DNA of 64,000 nt. It comes from Octopus vulgaris. Lineage: Eukaryota. The stretch lies in NCBI GenBank assembly GCA_951406725.2, contig OX597838.1, positions 25,358,001 to 25,422,000 of the forward strand, written 5' to 3'. Each line of letters starts with the position of its first letter. The first letter of the stretch is position 1. The notes beneath the pieces were generated by a model. That model saw nothing but the letters and a program-made list of their open reading frames with translations. It was not told the origin of the DNA and did not search any database. Below are positions 36,597-50,029 of the stretch, in pieces. The position numbers and the translations under genes are program-made.

Positions 36597-37064
36597 CTTC
36601 ATCATCACTACCACCATCAAGAACACCTCCATCATGATCATCATTGCCACAGCTATCACTACTACCCTAACACAATTACCATAAAACCACTACTCTACTA
36701 ACACCACAGCCACAACTTAAATATCACAGCTACAACCCAAACATCATCACTACAACCCCAAAATCACCACTGCTTTAACACTACTACTACTACCACCACT
36801 GCCACAACCACAATCCAAATATTACAGCTACAATCCAGACATCATCACCACCGTCATCATTAAGCTAATAATCAATCTCCCCTAGTTTCTTTAAACCACT
36901 AATCCATCACACCACCACCACCACCACTACCAATCTATTAATCCACCATCAGTATTGTCCTAGCATCTCTATCATTAATTAATCTGCTATTAATCCAACA
37001 CCAATTCACTATATGTCCATCAAGCCCTCCGTTTAATCCACAACCACTTCTGCGTCCAATCTAT

Positions 37065-37858
37065 GACCAGGCTGTTTGGTAAGAAGCTTGCTTCCTAACC
37101 ACATAGCTCCAAGTTCAGTCCCACTGCATAGCACCTTGGGCAAGTGTCTTCTATTATAGCCCCAAGCCAACCAAAGCTTTGCGAATGGATTTGGTCGATG
37201 GAAACTGAAGGAAGCCTGCTGAATATATATATATATATATATCAACATCATCATCATCATCGTTGTCGTTTACTGTCCATTTTCCATAACGGAATGGGTT
37301 GGATGGTTTGACGGAGGACTGGCAAACCAGAAGGCTGTATCAGGCTCCAATCTGATCTGGCAAGGTTTCTACAGCTGGGTGCCCTTCCTAATGCCAACCA
37401 CTCCAAGAGTGTAGTGGGGGCTTTTTATGTGCCATCAGCATGAGGGCCAGTCAGGTGGTAATGGTTCTTTTTATGTGCCACCAGCACAGGAGCCAGTCAG
37501 GCAGCACTGGCAATGACCCATGCTCGAATGGTGCTTTTTACGCACCACTGTCACGGGAGCCAGTCAGGTGGCACTGGCAATGGTCCCGTTCGAACGGTGT
37601 TTTTTTACATGTTTTATATATATATATATATATATAGGCTGATGTCTGTGTGTCTGTGGTTGTCATCACCGCTGCTTAACGACTGGTCTTGGCCTGTTTA
37701 TGTCCTTGTAACTTAGCTGTTCGGTAAAAGATACTGATAAAATCAGAACCAAGCTTAAAAAATAAAAATGAGTTCAATTCATTCAACTAAAAATTTTTCA
37801 AAGCAGTGCCCCAGGATGGTCACAGCCTAATGACTGAAATGAATAAAAGAGTAAAGAA
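37065..37858 (+). mobile_element. CORE-SINE with minus-strand RTE 3'UTR insertion (37245-37612)
   Basis: Head and tail are separated by the insert at the internal microsatellite. Confidence 0.8.
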
Positions 37859-38491
37859 TTACTATCTACATTGCCTACATAGTTTCTAGACCTACTAGAA
37901 ATAGCAGCCAATGCCAAACCTCACTACTGTCTTAACCCATTTGTTACCATATTTCTCTTGAAATACCCCTTTTTTTTTTCAATGAAGAGTATTCTTTTCT
38001 ACTCTTGGTACAAAGCCCGAAATTTTTGGGGAAGGGGTACAGTCGATTAGATCAACTCCTGTATGCAACTGGTGCTTAATTTACGAACCCCAAAAGGATG
38101 AAAGGCAAAGTCGACCTCAGTGGAATTTGAACTCAGAATGTAAAGACAGACCAAATACCGCTAAGCATTTTGCCCGGCATGCTAATGTTTCTGCTAGTTT
38201 GCTGCCTTTTTAATGGAGAGTATCATAAAATAACTGTCATTATTAAGCTAGTGTGGTGGCAGTGAGCTGGCAGAATCTTTAGAGTGCCAGGCAAAATGCT
38301 TATCAGCATTTTGTCCGTCTTCATGTTCTGAGTTCAAGTTCTGCTGAGGTTGACTTTGCCTTTTATCCTTTCAGAGTCGATCAATCAAGTACCAGTCAAG
38401 TACTGAAGTTGTTGTAATTGACTATCCTGCTCCTCACAGATTCCAGGCCTTGTGCCTTTAGTGGAAAGGGTTAAGTTGGTGTGAAGGTGGC

Positions 38492-38799
38492 GGATTCCAT
38501 GGACAGCAAGGCTCACCAATGGAGAAGTTCTTAAGCAGATCAGGCCGAAAATGTCGCTAGAAGCGAGGATCAACAAGCATAGATTGGCATATTTTGGTCA
38601 TATTATGCGGAGAAAATCCCTGGAGAAGGACATCATGCTCGGAATGGTCAGTGGCAAGAGAGGAAGAGGCCGACCATCAAGAGTGATACCGGAATGGACA
38701 TAGCCAATCTGAAAGAAGCGGCCCAGGATAGAACTGACTGGAGGACACTGATGCATCGAGTAACCGAGAGTCGACTTCGACTGAGCGGATAGATAGATA
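38492..38799 (+). mobile_element. BovB-like RTE LINE, 5'-truncated, with TSD
   Basis: IPWTARLTNGEVL...LAYFGHIMRRKSLEKDIMLGMVSGKRGRGRP...W; (ATAG)n tail; 9-bp TSD GAAGGTGGC (38483-38491, 38800-38808). Confidence 0.9.
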
Positions 38800-39387
38800 G
38801 AAGGTGGCAAGCTGGCAGAACCTTTAACATGCTATATGAAATGCTTAGTGGCATTTTGTCTGTCATTATATTCTGACTTCAAATTGTGATGAGGTTGATT
38901 ATTTTGTCTTTCATCATTTTGGGTTTGATAGAATAAGTTACCAGTTGAACACTGGCATAAATGTAATCAACTTAGCCCCTGACCTGAAATTGCTGGCCTT
39001 GTGCCAAAATTTGAAACCCATCATTAGGCTCATAGAACTGTTAGGATACCAGACAAAATGTTTAGCAGCATTTCGTTTGTCTTTCTATTCTGAGGTCAAA
39101 TTCTGCTGAGGTCAACAACTTTGCATTTCATCCTTTCAAGGCTGATAAAATAAGTACCAGTTGAGTACTGGGGTCTATATAATCAACTTCCCCTCTCCTC
39201 TCAAAAACTGCTGGCCCTCTGCCGAAATTTGAAACCATCATTAAGTTGGAGTTTTGAACATAAATTAACAAATTTCAATAGGAAATTTTAAAACCACTTT
39301 AAAACAGGAAGGTTGCACTAGAAAACCAGGCGTGTCTTAGGCAGATTGCTATCAAAAGAGCTGAAGGAAGGACATATTCAGTAACAT

Positions 39388-39608
39388 TACTCTCTCTTTT
39401 ACTCTTTTACTTGTTTCAGTCATTTGACTGTGGCCATGCTGGAGCACCGCCATTAGTTGAGCACATCAACCCCAGGACTTATTCTTTGTAAGCCTAGTAC
39501 TTATTCTATCGGTCACTTTTGCCGAACCGCTAAGTTACGGGGACCTAAACACACCAGCATCGGTTGTCAAGTGATGTTGGGGGGACAAACACAGACACAC
39601 AAACATAT

Positions 39609-39669
<61 letters not shown>

Positions 39670-39835
39670 CATACATACAACAGGCTTCTTTCAGTTTCTG
39701 TCTACCAAATCCACTCACAAGGCTTTGGTTGGCCCGAGGCTATAGTAGAAGACACTTGCCCAAGGTGCCATGCAGTGGGACTGAACCCGGAACCATGTAG
39801 TTCGTAAGCAAGCTACTTACCACACAGCCACTCCT
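39388..39835 (-). mobile_element. Full-length young CORE-SINE
   Basis: Reverse complement of 12004-12385 with CpGs retained. Confidence 0.9.
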
Positions 39836-39839
39836 ATGA

Positions 39840-40312
39840 GGTGTTCAGTCCAGTGTTAACAAAATTTAATTTCTTTTTTTGTCTTTGGTCAGCAGTAAGT
39901 GTTATTTCCTATTTGCCTCTATCTAGAAATCAAAGGAAATCATGACTGTTCCCTTCAAACTTTGCTTACTGACCTTTTTCCATTACATTTCAGACAGATT
40001 CAGCACTGAGTTGCTGAAGCAGAAATATCGTTATAGCAAATATTCTGCTCAATACCACAGTTTTACATATCAATTGTTTGAGCATGTCCCTTACTGACTG
40101 ACAGTATGTGCATCTCTGATCATGAGCAGAAGTAGTTGGGGAGCATGATAGCCATGTGTTGAGAGGAATTCTTTGGGCTTTGAATAACTGTAACAAATGG
40201 AAATTTTGAAGGAAATATTAGCCAGTTTTCATAGTTTCTAGAGGAAAACAAATAGGAAATAACAGTTGTTACTCAAGGACAAAAATCATGTTACACAGCG
40301 TAATGTGCTCTG
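39840..40312. mobile_element. Old inverted-repeat element with nested insert
   Basis: TGTTATTTCCTATTTG (39900-39915) pairs with CAAATAGGAAATAACA (40249-40264). Confidence 0.55.
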
Positions 40313-40679
40313 AAGTAAAAGGTGACTGATACGATAGGACAGTCATAACTAGATTGTCTATGGTCATTGTTATTGTATTACTAAAGGCTACAGTTACTCC
40401 TCACCACATTCTATATTTAATCAGTTAAAACTTGGTATTGTCTTCCCTTTGCCCATCTCCTCTTTGTTTTTTTAAAACCAGTATGAGTCATTCTTGTAAT
40501 GTTTGTTCTCATTAGTAAATGTGTAATTTTATTAATTTGTAAAAAAAAAAAATTTAAGGCAGTGGATAAGCAGAAGTTTCAGAGCATCAGACAAAATTCC
40601 TTGGAGCATTTGATCCATATTTTCATGTTCTGGTTTCCAGTCCTGCTGAGGCTGACTTTGCCTTTCATTCTTTTTGGGT

Positions 40680-41152
40680 CGATGAAATAAAGTACCAGTC
40701 AAGTACTGGGTTTGATAAAGAAAGTACCAGTCAGATATTCTTTTCTACTCTAGGCACAAGGTCCAAAATTTTGGGGGAGTGGGGGGAGGGAACCAGTCAA
40801 TTAGATCGACAACAGTATGCAACTGGTACTTAATTTATAAGCCCCTGCTGAGGTTGACTTTGCTTTTCATCCTTCTCAGGTTGATGAAATAAAGTACCAG
40901 TCAATTACTGGGTTTGATAAAGAAAGTACCAGTCAAATATTGAGGACAATAAAATAGAGTACCAGTCAAGTACTGGGATTGATAGAATAAAGTATTGGCT
41001 GAGTATTGCAGGTCTATAAAATAAAGTACCAATGAAGTACTGAGGGTAATAAAAAATGATATCAGTTAAGTACTACATGTCAATAAAATAAAGTACCTAG
41101 GTCAGTAACATAAAGTTCCTGTCAAGTACTGCAAATCAATAAAATGAAGTAC
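40680..41152 (+). repeat. SINE-derived minisatellite (AATAAAGTACCAGTCAAGTACTGGG-like, ~31 bp)
   Basis: About 10 decaying units matching the Nin-domain 3' end. Confidence 0.8.
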
Positions 41153-43391
41153 CCAATCCTTCCTTTTTTTGTGTTCTCTATTGGTTGTGATGACAAGTAT
41201 TGCTTTCCCAAGTGACCTATATCTCATATACCTTTAACAAGGTCTTTACACAGTCCTCGAATTGTAGTCTTGGTTTCTACTGGGAGGTGAAAGTGCTTTC
41301 TGATTATTCATCGGAACGAAATGTCCAGTCCAGTGTAAACTATGCTTGTACACCATTGTGTACACATCTGCATGTGTGTGTATGTGTGTGCACCTTCAGA
41401 ACTGAAGAATACTGTCACCAGACCAGGTTTAATGTCCAGTCAGCCGTGTCAAATCACAAGCGACCAGACAGCTGAGAGAGAGAGGTGGGAAGGAGGATAT
41501 GACATTACAATTTATTAATTGAACACGACTGATAGAAACACTTTCCCTCTTCTTATATATATAAAGAGAAATATCCTTACAAGCCTAAATAAGAGAGAGA
41601 ATAAGAGAAATCTCAAAACAAAAGCACCATTCCAAATGTCTGGTGGCAAATAAATCAGCATCAAATTATCATCATCATCATCATTTAACATCTGTTTTCC
41701 TTGCTGGCATGGGTTGGTTGGTTCAACAGGATCTGATGTGTCCAGGGACTGTGCTGTGCTCCAATGTCTGCTCTGATATGGTTTTTATGGTTGGATGCCC
41801 TGCCTAATGCTGACCACTTTACAATGTAGACTGGGTGCTTTTTTTTTTCAAACCACCTGCTCTATTGAGGTTGCCATGCAGTTTACATGACTACAGACCC
41901 TGGGAGATATGTGCGTGCATACACACACACGCGCACGCATGTGTGTGTGTGTGGGTCAACTTCATGTTGAGGGATGATGAGATTACTATGAGAGGTGAGT
42001 GTCCCCAGAGCAGGTTCTTGTAGAGGTGGGAAACATTGAAAAGACAGCTGTGCCAAAACATCTTATACCAAGTTCAAGTTTATCTTTCATCCTTTCAGAG
42101 TTGATAAAAATTTAGTCCTACTGAAATAATCAGGTTCATTTTATAATTCATAACTCCTTCAAAACATATATCTCCTCCATTTATTATAATAACATTCTAA
42201 CCTGATAACCTAGGTTTTCAACATAACATCATTCATAAAGTCTGTCTAATCTCTGACCTTGCTTTCTGCCATTACACCACTTGTAATGTCTTCTAAATGT
42301 CTTCCTGCACTTGACATATTTCATTGTGAAAGTCCTCCTAATTTATGGCCTTACATCAGCCACATGTTGTAATGTCCCTTTGATCTGTGACCTTGGCTCC
42401 TGCCTGTCGTATATCATTGGAATGACCTCCAAATCTGTAACTGCTCACCTAATCTGTATATCTGTCTATTTTTCTCTTTCTCTCTTTATACATATGCTTA
42501 TCAGTTTGTCTGTCTCATCTGTCTATCTATCTATCTATCTATCTGTCTAGCTAGCTAACCATCCATCCATCCATCATCATCTGTATATCTGTCTGTCTGT
42601 CTGTCTCTCTATTTAGCTATCTGTCTATCTATCTATCTATCTCTGTCTGTCTGTCTGTCTTACACTCTCTCTCTCTCTCTGTCAAAGTGTGTCTATCTAT
42701 CTGTCTGTCATCAGGTTTGTGTCTGTCTACAGTTAACCATTCAAGCCTGCCTGTCACCATTTAGTCTCTCCCTCTTTCTCTCCCCCCTTTCTCCCCCTCT
42801 CTAATATTTCCTCTACACATTCATTAGGCCAGGCCAAATCAGTCCAGTTATATATCTTCTCGTTACTAACCTTGTTCCTTATGCAAAGGTCATGCTGCTT
42901 GTTAAACCTCTGGTACTTAGTTTTCTGATCTGTTAATCCATCTACACACACACACACGCACACACAAAAGCACAGGTGCACTCATTTTTATGCATGCGCA
43001 CACATTCACATATGCATGTACAATGCACATACTATAAGCATTGTACACAAGCAATTATACAAAACACATATTTATGCAATAGATATGCATATGTGCACTG
43101 AACAGATGCACAATGTATGCACCCAATACAGGTAGACATACACATACAACACATGTACAGATACATACATGTGTGTTTGTACACACACAGTGGCTGTGTG
43201 GGTAATAAGCTTTCTTCCCAACCGCATGGTTCTGGGTTCAGTTCTACCGTATGGCACTTTGCTACTATAGCCTCGGGCCAACTAAAGCCTTGTGAGTGGA
43301 TTTGTTAAATGGAAACTGAAAGATGCCTATTGTGTATGTGTGTGTATATATATTTATATATATATGTATGTATATATATATATATGTGTGT

Positions 43392-43662
43392 GGAGGCGCA
43401 ATGGCCGAGTGGTTAGGGCAGCTGACTCGCGGTTTCGATTACCAGACCGGGCGTTGTGTGTGTTTATTGAGCGAAAACACCTAAAAGCTTCACGGTGCTC
43501 CAGCAGGGGGTGGTGATCCCTGCTGTACTCTTTCACCACTCTTTCTTCTGTTGGCCTGCTCACTTAGCCAGCGGGGTGGCGTCATTCGAAGGCTAAAACA
43601 ATGCGAACGCATTGTGACCAGCGATGTGTAACAACATCTGATAGTCTGGTCGGTCACATAAT

Positions 43663-43669
<7 letters not shown>
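43392..43669 (+). mobile_element. Young tRNA-derived SINE (octopus OR-like)
   Basis: GGAGGCGCAATGGCCGAGTGGTTAGGG A-box, GGTTTCGATT B-box; CpG-rich; flanked by TA/TG repeats. Confidence 0.8.
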
Positions 43670-43706
<37 letters not shown>

Positions 43707-43999
43707 TAGATGAGACACACAGACAGATTGATTGATAGATAGTAATTTGAAACAAACATTGAAAACAAAAATGAAAGGTAAAAAAAAGAAAATAAATTCA
43801 GAAACACAATGTGAAGACCAAGTAAAACAATTTGCTGCATATATGGTGTTTGCTCCAGTATGGTCAGTAACCAACTCTTCACACTCACAAAAGAATTGAA
43901 AGTAATAATCTCAGTAGCAGTTCCTCCTGTGTTCTGAAGCACATTAATCTACTGGTTAATTCCACTGGTTTCTGGGTGGTTTTGGTTTTCTCTACATCG

Positions 44000-44400
44000 G
44001 GATCACTGCCAGAGCAGCTGTCTGGCACGTAAAGAGCGCCATTTGAACGTGATCGTTGTCAGCGTTGCCTCACTGGACTTGTGCTGGTGGCACGTGTACA
44101 AAACATTCGAGCGAGGTCATTGCCAGTGCTGCTGGACTGACTCCTGTGCAGGTGGCACGTAAAAAACACCATTTTCGAGTGTGGCTGTTGCCAGTACCGC
44201 CAGACTGGCCCCCGTGCCGGTGGCACTTCAAAAGCACCCACTACACTCTTGGAGTGGTTGGCGTTAGGAAGGGCATCCAGCTGTAGAAACTCTGCCAGAT
44301 CAGATTGGAGCCTGGTGCAGCCATCTGGTTCGCCAGTCCTCAGTCAAATCGTCCAACCCATGCCAGCATGGAAAGCGGACGTTAAATGATGATGATGATG
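44000..44400 (+). mobile_element. RTE 3'UTR / related SINE copy
   Basis: Four internal GGTGGCAC units and an (ATG)n tail. Confidence 0.85.
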
Positions 44401-45544
44401 GTCATGTGACATGGTCCCTCTCATGTCGGTTATGAATGTTCTGCTGTGTCATTTAGTTTTCCGTCTTCCTCTCTTTCTTTTGCCATCCAGTTTTGTCCGT
44501 TTGAAAGCTGTTTTAGAATAGCATTGTTCTGCAAGCAGGCGTATGTGACCTGCATGTTTTAATTGACACTAGTTGGACTGGCTGGGCAATCCGCCTGTTA
44601 TGATGATGAGTGATCTAGTTGATTTGATGAATGGAACAGCCTGCTCATGAAATTAATGTGCAAGTAGCTGATCACTCCACCAACGCACATACCCTTAACC
44701 CTTTCGATACCAACCTGGCTGAAACCGACTCTGGCTCTGAGTACAAATGTCTTGTTTTCATAAGTTTTCAATTATGATCTTCCACCAAACCTTAGTCACA
44801 ATTTATGTTCCTAACACCAGCTTAATGATAACTAAGTTATTTTACTAAATTCTTTGTTATATTTAAAATCAATTGAAAGAAATACCATCACTTGACATCT
44901 AGCGTTGCTCCTCTTAACTTACAAATTAACAGTGGTCGATGTAATTGAATGGCCCCCTCCCCCAAAATTTCAGGCCTTGTGTCCTTTAGTAGAAAGGCTT
45001 ATTATTTTAGAAAGTGGGTAAAGGCAGTGAGTTGGCAGAATCGTTAGCATGCTGGATGAAATGTTTAGTGGTATTTTGCCCATCACTATGTTCTGAGTTC
45101 AAATTCTGTTGAGGTTGACTTTGCCTTTCATCCTTTCGGGGTTGATGAAATAAGTACCAGTGAAACACTGGGGTCAATTTAATCGACTACTCCCCCCCAC
45201 AATTTCAAGCCGTGTGCCTATTGTAGAGAAGCTTATTTTAGAAAGTGGGTTAGCAGAATCATTAGAACATTGGACAAAATGCTGTGATAATTGTTCCAGC
45301 TTTTTTCATTGTGAGTTCACATCTTACTGGGATTGACTTTGCTTGTCTATGTCTATATAGGTTATACTTTCTCTTTGTGCAGATCCTGTGTGCATTTTGA
45401 TATCACAAGTATGATATAATTAAGTCCTATACTATTTCACCCTCAAGTTATTTCACCCTCTTAAAATTACATGCCTTGTGCCTAAATTTGAAACAACTGA
45501 AGCAATTTTTGGCTGGCAAAATAACCAAAAGAAATGATATAATG

Positions 45545-45765
45545 GAAGAAATTGTTGTATACAGTGCTCAGGTGCACTACAACTAAAAGAAAAGGCAACC
45601 AGGTGTGCTGTTGGCAGATTTCAGGAAGCATGGGAGTTTTGGGGGATGTAGTGTCTCAACGGCTAACAACTGATGTAGGTAGTTTATTCCATGCTTCACC
45701 AATTCTGAGCGTGAAAATAATGTTTCTGAAAGTCATAGGTGCTGTGTTGTTTTTTGATGTTGCTA
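45545..45765 (-). mobile_element. CR1-clade LINE 3' end (degraded)
   Basis: Minus frame FTLRIGEAWNKLPTSVVS. Confidence 0.7.
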
Positions 45766-46401
45766 ACCATTTTGTGTGACACAATAACGGTTCTGCCAAC
45801 TTAGATAAAAACAAAGAAAAAAAAAATAAAAAGGTGGGGGTGTAAATTAGACTGAACTGGCCTTCCTCATTATAAAAAGAGGAAGTTACAAAGTCTTTTG
45901 TAGCATATCCTCTTGTGATTTTGTGATTATATTATTGTCCTTATCATTTTCATCATCATCGTTGTCATTATTCTCTTCCTCCTCCTTATTATCACCGTCA
46001 TCGCCACAATTATCGCTACCACCCCATCATCATCATCATCTCCATTACCACCACCACCACCACCAACACCACCACCATCGCCACCACCACCACACCCACC
46101 ACCACCAACACCACCACCATCATCGCCACCACCACCACCACTGTTATTGTGATATCTGTTTCATCAAATCATATTTTGGTGATTTGTTTGTCTAACGTGT
46201 GTGTGTGTGTGTTTCTGCTTGTATATGTATATGCATGCACATCCATGTATACTTTTATGTATGTGTATACATCTATATGTATATGTATGTGTGTACATAT
46301 GTGCACATCTATGTAGACTTTTATACATGTGTATGCATCCATGTGTATGTGTGCATGCCTTCTCCCATTTGTCCATCCATCCATGTCTGTCTGTATGCAT
46401 A

Positions 46402-46448
<47 letters not shown>

Positions 46449-46640
46449 CATCATCATCAAGCACATATATGTGTATGCATGTGTATGTATATATTTGTGT
46501 ATGTGTAATGACATTCCTGTACTATTCTCTGTGTTTACCTCTTCCTCACTTCTCTCTCTCTCTCTCCCATAATTAAACGTTAATCATTATCTGTGGTAAT
46601 TGCAGCAACAACAAAAACACAAAGCTAGAACATCACCCCA

Positions 46641-46725
46641 CCCTCCCCTCTTCACCCCTCCCCTCTTCACCCCTCCCCTCTTCACCCCTCCCCTCTTCAC
46701 CCTCCCCTCTTCACCCCTCCCCTCC
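46641..46725 (+). repeat. 15-bp polypyrimidine minisatellite (CCCTCCCCTCTTCAC)
   Basis: About 5 units. Confidence 0.9.
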
Positions 46726-47654
46726 CTCCAGACCCACCGAGATAAAATTATGACATTTAAATGTTTTTGTTTTTAGCAACAGAGAGGAGAGAGAGTGGTT
46801 TGGCGGTTAGTGGTCCATAGTGGCCTGCCTGCCTGACTGACTGACTCATTTGCTCTCGTTAATTTAATTAGTTTAATAAGTTATCAGTCATTTGAGAGAG
46901 TTAAGGGATTTTTATTTTCTTCCTGCCAAAATAAACCTGCTACGATAATGATGGTGATCGTTGCTGAGGTGATTGTGGTGGTGGTGGTGGTGATGGTGGT
47001 GGCATCAGCAATGGTGTTGGTGATTGTGTTGGTGGTGAGGGTGCCAGGATGACTAAATGAATAACTGAGAATTATTACCGCCACCACCACCATCACCTCA
47101 CCAACGCCTGCACAATCACACTCGCCATTGCAACCACTATCACCAACACTACCACGGCACAACAACTACATTATCTCTGCTGCCACCACCACCACTACTA
47201 CACTTAGCAGTGTTATCTCTGCTCATACCACTACTACCACCACTACTTGCATCATCCCTAACCACCCATTGCTGGCTGTTTGTTATTGGATCAATGTTGA
47301 CTGTTCTGTTCAGTTGGAACAAAATGCCTTTGGACAGCAAGCAAGGCAGTTGGTGTTGTCTCCCCACTCATCAGGCTGCATTTCTGGGCCTCCACACCAA
47401 GTACCAAGTGGTGTACAAGAGTGCAATGAGCAAGTTCAACACCGAGGTTGCCCTAAAGTAGCGTTTTACTTACTAGTTAACACCCAACCATTGTCTGATG
47501 GTACAGAGCTTCTGCTTGGACACAATAACCTTCAAGCTGCTGGGCTAGGACTACTCTGCCTTTCCAGTTATCCAAGTTCACCATCTTCAATTCACCCCAG
47601 GGAATGTTCACTGCAAGGAATCTATTAATGGTGAGATACTATGAATGTATTTTG

Positions 47655-48022
47655 TCAGTAAACTTTTCTCATGGTGAACTTCCTTCGTGGTGAACTTCCT
47701 TCGCGGTGAACTTCCTTCGCGGTGAACTTCCTTCGCGGTGAACTTCCTTCACGGTGAACTTCCCCTTGCAGTGAACTTCCCCTCATTGTGAATTTTCCTC
47801 GCAGTGAACTTTCCTCGCAGTGAACTTTCCTCACGATGAACATTCCTCGCGGTGAACATTCCTCGCAGTGAACTTTCCTCACGGTGAACTTCCCCTCATT
47901 GTGAACATTCCTCGCGGTGAACATTCCTCGCGGTGAACATTCCTCGCGGTGAACTTTCCTTGTGGTGAACTTCCCCTCGCGGTAAACTTTCCTTGCAATG
48001 AACTTCCCCTCGCGGTGAACTT
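47655..48022 (+). repeat. CpG-rich 17-18-bp minisatellite (TTCCTCGCGGTGAAC)
   Basis: About 21 head-to-tail units without unique spacers. Confidence 0.9.
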
Positions 48023-49059
48023 TGTAGTTAATTGATGGCATGGAAGGCTAAGTTGCCCAAGGTGCCATCCCAGTCTGTGAATGGATGGCATGACTTAGTC
48101 TTCCTTTTATAGCCTGCCACTGATGTGGGTGCCATACTGTACCATAGCCACTACAGCTACATTCACATTATCACCACTACCCAGTACCACCCAATTTCAC
48201 AGCTAAGGGCACTGTCTTTTACTTGTTTTAGTCATTAGACTGTGACTATACTGGGGCACCATCTTGAAGAATTTTTGTTTTAGTCAAATGAATTGGTACA
48301 TCCCACTCCAGGGCTTATTTTATTTTTATAGCTTGGTATTTATTCTGTTGGTCACTTTTGCTGAACCACTAAGCTATTAGTACATAAACACAAGTACGTA
48401 AAATGCATATGTAAATGTGTGTGTGTATGTGTGTGTATACACAACAGGCTTCTTTCAGTTTCTGCTTACCAAATCCACTCACAAGGCTTCTGTTGGCCCA
48501 GAAGACATTTGCTCAAAGTGCCATGCAGTGGGACTGAACCTAGAACCATTTGGTTGGGAAGCAAACGTCTTACCACACAGCCATGCCTGTGCCTATCCCC
48601 AATGTTTTTTCACTAATCTCTGTCTTGTTTGTCTCTCAGCATGATGAGGACCATCTAGTCATCCTGGGCCCAGGTTTTGGGTTGTAGTTGAGCTTCACAG
48701 GTGCATAGGTGACTGATCAAAGCCATACCCAGAAGGTTCTGTAGCAGTGTGGACATAGGTATGTAATATATGTAGTGTATATAAGTAATGTTTATATATA
48801 GGAGCACTCCGTCAATTATGACAATGAAGGTCCCAGCTGATACGATCAATGGAACAGCTTGCTTGTGAAATTAATGTGCAAGTGGCTGAGCACTCCACAG
48901 ACACATGTACCCTTAATGTAGTTCTCAGGGAGATTCAGCATGACACAGAGTGCGACAAGGCTGGCTCTTTGAAATACAGGTACAACTCATTTTTGCCAGC
49001 TGAGTGGACTGGAGCAACATGAAATAAAGTGTCTTGCTCAAAGACAGGGCGCTTCACCA

Positions 49060-49095
<36 letters not shown>

Positions 49096-50029
49096 TATGT
49101 GCTTTATAATATAGGACAGGGTAACTGTACTTTGAAAGGTCAAAGGTGAAAAATGCAAAATAAAGAGTATCAGAGTTGTTGCTATGTTAAAGAGTACATT
49201 ATTCTTAATGTCACCTTCTTGTCTATGCCCCTCCCCCCCACCTAACAATTATCTTGGCTTTGTAATAATGACAATAACCATTAGATAAGACGATAAACCT
49301 ATTATCTCATTAACTGAATTAATTTAATTGTCTGAAAGTCTTCACCCCACCCCCGTTGATGTTGTTGCTGTTGTTGTAGTTATTATTATTATTATTATTA
49401 TCATTATTATTATTATTGGTCATGCTTCATTTGGTTTGGCTAATTTAGGTGGATCTCAAGTGTAGAAGAAACGAAGCGAATTACTTAATTTTTAATTAGA
49501 GAGTTAGTCTAGGGAAAGTGGTGTTGGGGGTCACACACACTCATGACCTTCGCAGGCCATCACATGATTGGTCAGATTTGAACATGGGTGACGGTCATAT
49601 GAAAGGGTTTATCATCATTGTCATCCTCATCATCATCATCATCAGCGAGAGAAACCCTTAGGTAGAAAGAGTGAGGGAATTGCTGCAGGCTTGACCAATT
49701 AGAAGGAGAAAGTGCAAGCTTGTATTGTCGTTGGTTAACTCTGAATAGCAGTGACTTTTATAGTGTTTACAATGACTTTTCCACTAATATTTACCGTAAT
49801 TTCTACAATGATGTTTTCACTGGTTTTTACAATGACAACTTGAAAACGTTTTTCTTTTTTGTTTAGTTCAGTAATTTTTCCAGTGACTTTTACAATGAAT
49901 TTTTGGGAAGTCTTTTAGGATGATATTTACATTGACTTTTATGCTGACTTTAACAGTGATTCTTTTTATTTTCATGATGGTTATGGTAAATTGTATAGCT
50001 GTTATGGTGATTTTTATGGTAGCTTATAT

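Noticed and set aside
27572-39835. Back-splicing of exon 2 driven by flanking inverted CORE-SINEs
   Set aside because: An 84-nt single-exon circle is very small, and many competing intra-intronic pairs exist.
39870-39900. PolyY-CAG-CA-GTAAGT as a 2-nt microexon or ratchet site
   Set aside because: AG and GT are not adjacent, and it lies in the arm of an inverted-repeat element.
43392-43450. tRNA gene
   Set aside because: A/B boxes belong to a SINE head; no complete cloverleaf. The same applies to the other SINE heads.
47655-48022. CRISPR-like array or KVHREG repeat protein
   Set aside because: Head-to-tail units without unique spacers, eukaryotic context, no cas genes.
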